Part shown: positions 1-9,627 of the stretch, piece after piece
Layout of the letters: each line of letters starts with the position of its first letter
How positions within the stretch are numbered: the first letter of the stretch is position 1
Assembly: GCA_963693365.1 (NCBI GenBank)
Contig: CAVNZM010000006.1
Span: forward strand, 6,923,264-6,987,263
Origin: Amoebidium appalachense
Taxonomy: Eukaryota; Protista; Ichthyosporea
Direction: 5' to 3'
Length of the DNA stretch: 64,000 nt
The notes under the pieces: model-generated
The model's database searches: none
Told to the model about the DNA's origin: nothing
What the model saw: only the letters and a program-made list of their open reading frames with translations
Translations under genes and position numbers: made by a program

Positions 1-439
1 AGCCCGGTCTTTTGAAGCCCCTGGCTCAATAGCACACAGAGGTGGTGTGTATCTATAAGTCACCCGTACATGTGGGGTAGAGAACAATTCATTTAGTACA
101 CAGATGTTAGAATTAAAGAATAGCGTGCCCCAAGGGGGCAGCAAAGCACACACCGCTATTTTGCTCCATAAGGTTCAGAGTTCATTCAGAAGCGTCGAAA
201 ACAAAACAGCACAGGCCACCCCTAATACTGCTGTACAGTCGAAAACTATTACTGTGAGAGGGTGCACTCTGTTGCTTGACTACAAATAAAAAGCTTATTG
301 CCACTGAACGCTCCATAACACAACCTGTGTGCTTCATAGCCCCGCATACACACCAACCGTCGGTTTTGACAAAAACCACACGGTACACCCAGCAAACCAA
401 CCTGTAAACACATACAACGCCCTACGTCCTATCAAGTAG

Positions 440-822
440 TTACTTTTGCGGTGTCCCAACACCGGGGTGGTGGGGCATGGGACCTGGGGGGCCCACAAGG
501 GTCTTGAGCTTTTTGAGTTCGGTGATGAGAGCCATGTTCTGCTGCTCTAGCAACCGCACACGATCCTCCAGGCACTTCACGTACTCCTGCAGGTCGCAGT
601 CAGCACACAACAGTTCGATGCCACTAAGGCCAGCTCGACTACAATTCAAGCAACAAAAACCTTATGTTTGGGCAGAACACACGGCAAAATCACATAAGAG
701 CCTCAAGAACGTGTCTCAAAGTGTGTGAAGATAGAGCAAAGTGTGTAGAGACAGAAACACCAACGTAGTCCATTCGTTTTTCTTTTGTGTGTGCGTGCAG
801 GGGGAGGAAGGAGGGCGGGCAA

Positions 823-865
<43 letters not shown>

Positions 866-1527
866 GGAGGTTACACACAAGGCAAATAACGTATTACACA
901 CGACCAAAAGCAACGGCAAACACTCGAAAGGAAGGTCAAGACACTTCTCCCTGGAGGCACAAGTAGGTAAGGCCAAAAGCCAAGGTGTGTTGTAAGTCAA
1001 AAGGCAGCTGGGGGATTGCAAGCGTGCAATGGGTAGAAATGCTAATACAAGACAACAACAAGGTGCAGAAGGTGAACAGCAACACGCAGAAGGTGTGGAC
1101 TAGTTGCTTCTTCTGTTACCGATGGAGGGGTGCTAAGTACAAACCTTCTTCTTCTTTCTGCACTGCCTGGCTGCCTCTCTGTTTTTCTCCAAGCGCCTAC
1201 TCCGCTTGCCAGCCACGTCATCCTCCCCACCCGTCTTTGCCGACGGTGAAGAGAGCTCACCCGGGGAGGGGCCTTGTGAATTTTGTGCAAACATGGCACC
1301 CGGGCTGGAGAACTGGTTCTCAAAGCTCTGCAAAAGCACAGCGGTCAGCAGCAGGCAGACTCAGAAGGCATGCTACCCATAAGAGTGCCCAGCAGACACA
1401 GTTTAAAGTGGTGAAAGAGAAAGAGAGACCGAGAGGTAGGGCAGAGAGAGATCATGGCAGAACCACGTACCGGCATAACAGCCATCGGCTGGCTGGGGGC
1501 CGAGTAGAGACTCTGCTGCTGATCCAT
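440..1527 (-). CDS. CREB: Short CREB/CREM/ATF1-family bZIP transcription factor (~128 aa, 3 coding exons: 1527-1471, 1327-1145, 586-440)
   Basis: Spliced translation contains KRSRRLEKNREAARQCRKKKK|EYVKCLEDRVRLLEQQNMALITELKKLK, the CREB basic region and zipper. Introns are GT-AG with GCTGAC branch points. A probable 5'UTR intron spans 1878-1561. Confidence 0.9.
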
Positions 1528-1906
1528 GTTACCGGCCTGCTGTGCGCACGGGGCCTGAAGCTACACTGGCGTCACAAAGGTCAGCATAGAGTACTGCCTC
1601 ATAAGGGAAGGTCTTGCTCTATAGGTGGGGCACACTATTGTACTGTGTATCGAGAGCAATGGATCGATTTGGCAAAAAAAAAAAAAAAAAAAAAAAACGA
1701 GACTAAAAAAAGGGAAAGGGGTATTCAAACGAAACCCAAACTCCTTTTAAAAAAGGCGGAGCACGTGCGACAGTTGTCACAGTAAGCGAAGACTACAAGT
1801 CCTAAGTGCTGCCCCGTAAAACGCAAACACAACTTGCATGACATGGGTGTACACCTGTGCACCAGGTTGTCGGCTCACCCTTTCCCGCGTCGTGAAACCG
1901 TTGTGT

Positions 1907-2038
1907 TGACGTCAAAACGACGTAGACAGAGCAAAGGGGCGAAACGTCAAAATGACGGTGCAGCTGACGTAGGCTGTTTATCAACGAGAATGGCCAGATC
2001 CCGGGCCTCTCAACCAATCAGATCACTGGTTGACGTCA
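1907..2038. promoter_or_regulatory. CRE cluster plus CCAAT box in the divergent CREB/U1-70K promoter
   Basis: Perfect TGACGTCA at 1907-1914 and 2031-2038, CGTCA at 1945, TGACG at 1953, TGACGTAG at 1965, CCAAT at 2014. Confidence 0.75.
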
Positions 2039-2480
2039 GAGGCTAAAAAAGCAGCCGCTTGTGAAGTGTAATTAAAAAAAGATTCCAAAACCAAGAGGGT
2101 TTACCTGGCAGAGAAATTGTACAAAAATATTGATTTTTACATATTTATAAGGATTGTGTTTACTTTAATAATTCCTAATGCAGTTGGTACGTGCTTTGTT
2201 GGCAAGTTGATGATTCAACTCAGAAGATAATCAGTGTGCCTGATTTTACACTTAGCAAACCATTGTTATTGGTCCATTTGACCCGGACGAATGACCGGAG
2301 GATTCGATCCGAATCTCTAACACGGGTTAAAAAGCCCGCAAGTAGTTGACCCGAATGATTCTCGTGTGTCTTCAAAAGTTCAGCAGTTCGAACTCAGCTC
2401 GAGCAGCGAACACAACACAAGTCTGCAAGTGGCCTTTGTTTTTTTGCTGTGCATGAGAGGCCCCTTAGAACAGCGCGAGA

Positions 2481-2743
2481 ATGAGTGCGTACCTTCCGCA
2501 CAACCTGCTGCTGTTGTTCCAGCCGCGGCCGGAACTGCCCTACCTTGAGCCGTTGGACAAGCTGCCCTGTGACAAGGTGTTCCCGCCATACACGGGGTAG
2601 GCAGCCACAGTGGACAACACACTTGCAGTGCATACAAGTGCACAGGCACGCGCGTACACACAGAGACACACATGCACACACATACAACACACGCACACGC
2701 GCACGCGCACGCACGCACACGCGCACGCTCACTAACACTCATA

Positions 2744-2782
<39 letters not shown>

Positions 2783-2947
2783 GCACACGCGCGGACACAC
2801 ACGGACACACACACAGCATGCATACATCCACACGCACACACACACACACACAGGCACACACAACCACACGTAGGCGCACAAACAAGCACACAAACACACA
2901 CGCACACACATACTCTTACACACACGTACACACACTCACACTCACAT

Positions 2948-3007
<60 letters not shown>

Positions 3008-4187
3008 CACCCACACACACACACACACACACACAGGAACACGCACACACACACACATAAATACAAACACACACAGGCGCCCACACAAACACACACATAC
3101 ACACGCACACGTCTGCGCTCCCACTCACTCACACACACACTCACTCTCTCCCTCTCTCGTAGAGCTCGCACACAAGCACACATACCATAGGTCTAGACAC
3201 ACGCTCACACAAACATTCGCCTGTATTTTTATGCACTTGCAGGCAGGCACTAACATTATGCCCCTAGTATCACAGGTGTTCAGAAACATGCCCACATATG
3301 TGCAGGTGCACACCCACACGGACGTCCTCACAAATGTGCATGTGCACAAGCCCACATGCACACTTTTTTTACTCCTGCAGTGTCCACACACATAAGAACC
3401 ATGAATCGGGCGTGCATATGTGGCCACACACACTTCAACACAGATGCACACGGGCACAAACGCAAATATACTTTGACACACAGTTAGCCGTACACGTGGG
3501 TGTTGGTGCACGGGTATAAATGCACACACAAGCCAGGCACATATGGACACATAAGATTTGGAATAGAGCAACAAGTTCTCAGCGCGCACGCGCTTGTGTG
3601 TCTACAACCTTACGGGCACGTAAGCACGTGCAGTCGCTGCTTGCAGACACACACACACAGTCACACATGTTCAAGGAGGCTGTAGGTACACTTGGGCACA
3701 CAAGGACACCTACAAGCGCAGTGTACTGGCACCTTTCTCACCCTAACACACAGGTATTTGAAGCATAACCTGTGGGGTTTTGCACGAGATATTGGCGCTG
3801 GTTGGCACTAAGCAGGTTTATGCACAACCTTTCAACCAGGCATTACTTATGCACCAACTGAAAGGTGGTGAAAGGGGAGGGGGGCGGGGGGGGCATAAGA
3901 GGCAACCGAGAAACAGCAGGGGAGAACGAGGGGAGAACGGGGGAGGGGGGGGGTGTTTTTACAAGAGTCACATAAGCACACATGCATCTATTTTGGTGGT
4001 ACTGGGCTTTGGCAGGGGACTCATTGAATCACGTGCAGGATTGCGCAGTATGTTGGCCTGTTTGAGGACCCATCAGAGGCCCCCCCTCAGTCCTACGGCG
4101 AAACGGGGGGATGAGAGACGCGCAAGAAAGGTGCGTGGGGGGGGGGGGGGGGGGGGGAGGGGAGGGGGGTGGTTAAGGGGTGGTGGT

Positions 4188-4271
<84 letters not shown>

Positions 4272-4970
4272 AGTGCATGGCTGGAGCGTGGGCCCACCGT
4301 TCAGGGTGTGTCTCGCTTTGGCTGGGTAAGAGATTTGGCTATATAGCATGTATGTGCTACATGGCTAAGATGGATGAGAATTGTTTGTTTGTTGTTTGGT
4401 TGTGATATCTATGTTTTCCGCGCGCACACGTGTTTGTGTGTGTGTGTGGTGGGGGGAAGGGGGGGTAGGTTGCTCTGCTCTGGCCTCGATTGCCGTTCTG
4501 GTGTAGGCCTCCCCCCCTCCCCCCCAATACTTGTTATATAACCCCATGGTGTGTTGTGGCTGGGTGCTGACTGGGTGGTTGCAGAGGCAAGAGCGCCTGG
4601 AGAGGGCAGCTGCTGAGCTGCAGCAGGCAAAGGCCGAGTGTAGGTGCCCCATATAGCCCCAATGCATGCCCGGCACAAAGTAGTGGCCCATATAGCCCCC
4701 ATGCATGCCCGGCAACCAGTAGTGGCCCATATAGCCCCCATGCATGCCCAGCACAAAGGAATGGCACTATTAGCCCCCATGCATGCCCGGTACCCAGTAG
4801 TGGCCTTATTAGCCCATATGCATTATCTGTCTGCTGTCTGCACACAGCCACTAACAACGGGGCCATACAGGGGACCCAGCGGCCGCGAATGTAGCCAAGA
4901 CCATGGACCCCTACAAGACCCTGTTTGTCGGCCGCACGGTGCGTGCGTGTGCGGGTGTGGGTGTGGGTGT

Positions 4971-5015
<45 letters not shown>

Positions 5016-5532
5016 TGTGTGTGTGTGTGTGTGTGTGTGAGGGAGAGTAAACGATAGGGAGAGAGAGTGTGTGTGTGCATGCGTGTGTGCGGGTATGAAT
5101 GTGCGCTTGTGCGTACATGTGCGTGTGTGGGCAGGCAGGCGGGCGGGCAGGCAGGCGGGCTGGTGTGGGTACTAGTGTGTGTGCATGTGTGTGTGTGTTT
5201 GGGGGGGGGGGGGGGGAAGGGGGGAAAGAGGATTATCGAGAGAGAGAGAGAGAGAGAGATAGTGTTTGTGTGTGTGTGTGTGTGTGTGTTTTGGGCAGGG
5301 GGACGGAGGGAGATTGGGTGTAACGTTGCTGGAGGCAGTAGAGTGGTGGGGAGGGGCTGTGTGCTGACTGGGAGCACAGAGCTACGACACGACCGAGTCA
5401 CGTCTGCGCAGAGAACTGGAGCAGTACGGCCCTATTGTGAAGGTGCGGGGGTGGCTAATGGGGAGGGGGGGGTGGTCGATGTGTGAGTGGATGCCCCGGT
5501 GCACCGGGTGGATGGGCGGGTGGGTGGGTGGG

Positions 5533-5584
<52 letters not shown>

Positions 5585-5967
5585 GTGGGGCTGTGACTGT
5601 GGCATTGTGCGTGTGATGTGTGACGGGTGTTCTGGTGGCTGTCGTGTGGTTGGGTGTGTGCAAGGCAGTGGTGGGTTGGGTGTGTGCTCACGGTGCTGTC
5701 GGTGCAGACATAGCCCTGCATCCCAGTTAGCCTATGTGAGGAGTATCGCTAATATGATCCTTATTCTTTCTATTACTATGGTTCCTTTATGGTTGCTGTT
5801 ATGTTTGTCGGTGGTGGAGGAAGGGGGGGGGGGGAGGGGGGGGTTGCTTGTGATTGGGCCGTGCATGCGTGTGTGCGTGTGTCTGCCTATCTCTCTGCCT
5901 GCCTGCCCCATCTGTGTGGATGTCTGGGTATGCCTGTTGGTGTCCTGTGTACGTATATGGGCACAGC

Positions 5968-6036
<69 letters not shown>

Positions 6037-7644
6037 GTATTTATCGGTGTGGTCTATCAGCACACCGTTTGCTGACTGGGCATGGCAGGTTGCAGTGGTG
6101 CACAGCACGGAGGGCAAACCTCGAGGCTACGCATTTGTCGAGTTTGAGCACGAGCGCGACATGCGCTGTGGGTGTCCCCCCCCCCCCCCCCCCCCCCCCC
6201 CCCACCTTACCTCCCTTTACACCCGGATCGGCTCTGCTTCTGATGCATGCTCGTTATGGGTGCTCTTCAGCTGCTTTCTGTTTTGTGGGTCCCTGTGAAG
6301 GTGTACTGTGTATTCTGACACACATCCTCCCCTTCCCCTTCCCCTTCCCCCAGCCCCACTCCTCTCACGCGTAGCTCTAGAACTGACGGTACAATGCTTG
6401 AAGACTTCCAAATTCGAGTGCCTAGCCACACGCCGACACCATCTGCACACGGGCGTGTGATTTTACGTGGGTGTGGGTGGTAGCGTTGTAATGGATGACA
6501 TTGTCGTGTGAGTATATTGTGATCTGGCTGGTCTACTCCATTCAGAGATCCCCCCCCCCCCCCCCCCCCCCAATCACCCCCTCTTTTTTTGTTGTTGTTG
6601 TTGGGGGGGGGGGGGGGGGGGGGGGGGGAGGGAGGGGGGGTCCCAGAGCCATGGCAGTATTGGTGCATGTGGGGGCATGCATATGCACACTGGGGTGGAT
6701 TGCATTTTATACATGGGGTGTTGGTGCTGACCTTGTCACAGCGGCCTACAAGCATGCGGAGGGCATGAAGATTGATGGCCGCCGCATTCTGGTCGACGTC
6801 GAGCGTGGGCGCACAGTCAAGGGGTGGCTGCCCCGCCGCCTAGGTACGTGTGGACCCCCGAGGGGAGGGAGTCGGGGGGTAGGAGGGGGGCCGGGGGGGG
6901 GGGGGGGGGAAGGGGGGTTAGGGTTGCTGATTGGGCTTTGATGGTGCAGGGGGTGGCCTGGGAGGCACACGGCGGGGGTGGTGATGACGTCAACATCAAG
7001 CACGGGGGCAGAGAGGCCTCACAGGGCAACGTGGCTACAGCGGCAATGTCAGACCATGAGGATAGGAGGGACAGGGACAGGAGGGACAGCCATGGTATGC
7101 ACATGCATGCCACGGGGAAAAGGGGTTTTTCTTTTTTTCTTTTCTTTTTAATTTCTTTTTCGTTCTTTCTTTCTTTCTTTCTTTCTTTTTTTGGGGGGGG
7201 GGAGGGGAGGGGAGAGAGAGAGGGGGGGGGGGGGGGGGAGGGACGGCAAAAGAGAGAGGGGGGGGGGGAGAACAATGGGCTTGTGATACAGGACGCTGTG
7301 CAGGACACACAACAAACTATGCCCCAAAGGAGGGGGGGGGGAGGGGGGGGGAGGGCTTCGGGCCATGTGCTAACTATATGGCAGCAGCAAGTCGGGACAG
7401 AGGCAGCGACAGGCGGCCATCGTACCGGGATGTGGACAGGCCGGCAGAGGACAGAGACAGAGACAGAGAGAGAGATAGGGACAGAGACAGGGGGAGGGAC
7501 AGAGACAGAGACAGAGACAGAGACCGTGATCGCGACCGCTATCGTGACCGGGGCAGAGACAGAGAGAGGGACCGCAGGTACGCACGTTGCATGTTGGGGG
7601 GCACAGACGGGGGGTGTGTGTGTGGTGGTGGTGGTGGTGGTGGT

Positions 7645-7683
<39 letters not shown>

Positions 7684-7805
7684 GTGAATGGACGTCTGTC
7701 TGGTATAGACAGACAGACAAGTTTGTATCTGGGTAACTGTGCCTGTGCTGCATGCCCGAGCTTGTCTGCACCCAGTAACACATGTGGTTCCGCAAGGCCT
7801 GAAAT

Positions 7806-7850
<45 letters not shown>

Positions 7851-7865
7851 TATCACCGCAGGTAA
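2481..7865 (+). CDS. SNRNP70: U1 snRNP 70 kDa protein, 10 exons (2481-2596, 4039-4130, 4585-4639, 4871-4938, 5380-5442, 6089-6167, 6742-6843, 6950-7094, ~7385-7577, 7862-7865); two apparent +1 G frameshifts in G-runs
   Basis: [29 protein letters not shown]..., WDP...[86 protein letters not shown], then an RD/RE dipeptide tail. Confidence 0.95.
2660..3200. repeat. Compound (CA)n microsatellite in U1-70K intron 1 (representative of many (GT)n/(CA)n and poly-G/poly-C intron tracts window-wide)
   Basis: Directly visible dinucleotide runs. Confidence 0.95.
4645..4820. repeat. ~39-bp minisatellite (4-5 copies) just after a U1-70K donor
   Basis: Repeats of GTGGCCCATATAGCCCCCATGCATGCCCGGCA. Confidence 0.85.
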
Positions 7866-8131
7866 TAAGCAGCTGTGGATGGCACGGCAGGGGCTGATAA
7901 GGGGTGTCTGCTGCCGGCAGAGATGGGTGAGGGCCGGTGGGTATGCACACTGTGACAGCACAAGGCACGGCAAGGCGGGGAAACACTAGTGGCATAGACA
8001 GGCGGGGTACTAGGGGTGGGGGTCGGTTAGATTTGCCGTTGAAGGGAACTGCGAGAAGTTTGGTCGATTATCATTTCTTGATTGGATGGCGCTAGTGTTA
8101 GGTAAAGGTGTGTCTGCTTGTGTCCGTCGTG

Positions 8132-8201
<70 letters not shown>

Positions 8202-8206
8202 CTGCA

Positions 8207-8289
8207 TGGTAAGTATCGGGTAAGAGTAGCCATGGAGGCGCAGACAGCACCGCTGGCCGGTTGCCCTGGTAAGTGCTGTGGGGTAAGCC
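8207..8289 (+). promoter_or_regulatory. Cluster of four consensus-like 5' splice sites / U1 snRNA binding sites downstream of the U1-70K stop
   Basis: G|GTAAGTAT (GT at 8209), G|GTAAGA (8220), G|GTAAGT (8269), G|GTAAGC (8283). Confidence 0.55.
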
Positions 8290-8767
8290 ACCCGGCCTGC
8301 CGCATGTGTGAATGTGATAAACCTGTTGAGCTTTCAATGTATGATGGCTCCGACGGGGCAAGGTGTGCAGCCAGTCAGTAAGCTGCCATAATATGCACGT
8401 GTCGTGCACATGCCCATGCATGGGAACTGCGTGTGGTCTCCTGCCCGTGTTGTACATGTACGCGCACATGCATGGCCACTGCTTCCTGCCCGTGTGTGTG
8501 ACTGTATGCATGCATGCGCACACCGTTTGGCCCACCCACTGCGAAATCTGCCTGCGCAGCGTGGCCCTGTGGGCCCAATACATGTGCACGTGCTATCATA
8601 AAGATAATTGCCAGGGCCCGCTTCGAAAGGCGTACCCCTACTCATATGGTGCAGCCAAGCGTGGCTATGATAACTATGCACAAGTCTGGGTGATTACAAG
8701 AACCTCCTCCATCACGGGCCATGTACGTGCGCGCCTGCAGGGCCGGGTCAGCAGCTGCCAGTACTCG

Positions 8768-8854
8768 TCCCTATCGTAAAAACGATTTTTTTGAATTTCC
8801 TTATGTGTCGCGGACACAAAAGGAAAATCAAAAAAATCGTTTTTGCGATAGGGA
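8768..8854. other. 87-nt AT-rich inverted repeat (42-bp arms, 3-nt loop): hairpin RNA precursor or palindromic MITE
   Basis: Arm 8768-8809 matches the reverse complement of 8813-8854 at 39/42 positions. Confidence 0.85.
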
Positions 8855-9117
8855 GCCCCTACGTCAGGATCCGGACATATCACTATCATAGGCTATGCAC
8901 GATCATATGTACATCACCTATTAGCAGGCAACCGGCATCATATGCACACGCACAGACACAGCCATGTAGTGCCATATGCACGCACACACACACCTGCAGC
9001 CAGGCTACGATCACACATGTGCACCGGTACGACGGTACCAGTACGCACGGGTCTCAAATTTGCCACACAGCCTGTACATGTGGCGCACGTGCCTGGTGAA
9101 GTATTCCCGAGGTTCCA

Positions 9118-9155
9118 TGACGTCACCGGGAGCCACTATTAGAAACGCACCAATC
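9118..9155. promoter_or_regulatory. CRE plus CCAAT upstream of the RRM gene
   Basis: TGACGTCA at 9118-9125 and CCAAT at 9151 in a CpG-rich intergenic stretch. Confidence 0.55.
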
Positions 9156-9627
9156 AAAACCCAGTGGGCCAGTGGCTCGAATGTACAGAAAGCGGGTCGA
9201 GCCAACCTAGGCGGCTCGACGTATTGGATCTCGGTCCGAAAAGAATACCCGGTTATGTGTGTGGTGCATGCACCCTTTACAGATTGGTGGGGCTGCAAAG
9301 AGAAGGCTGAATTTATCACAACATATTATATAAAGAAGACTATAATCTCAGATGTTTCAAGGGCTGTGCATATGTCCTTGTGCAAATTTAAAGAAACTAA
9401 AGTTTGAACAGGTATCCGAGCCATTTCTGATTCGACCCGGATGAGCCGAAGAATGTGATCTGACGTGAGATAATAAATTGGGCTCACATGTCGCCCGTGC
9501 ACGTGTACACCGTGACTGTGTGCATGTGTTCTCAGTTAGCTGCTTTCATGTTTTCTTGTGTGCAGGGGCTTTCATGTGCGTATAGGGCCCCTGTGCACTC
9601 CTTTTTATAGTATATAGAGCATTGAAG

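Noticed and set aside
2208-2243. C/D-box-like TGATGA ... CTGA
   Set aside because: Only ~35 nt apart with no terminal stem; too short for a snoRNA.
2380-3400. Long ORFs rich in CV/HT/poly-G/poly-P (here and throughout the ORF track)
   Set aside because: These are translations of (GT)n/(CA)n and G/C homopolymer tracts inside introns of identifiable genes.
2481-7865. U1-70K as a pseudogene
   Set aside because: Only homopolymer-length frameshifts; splice sites and all motifs are intact, so sequencing error is more likely.
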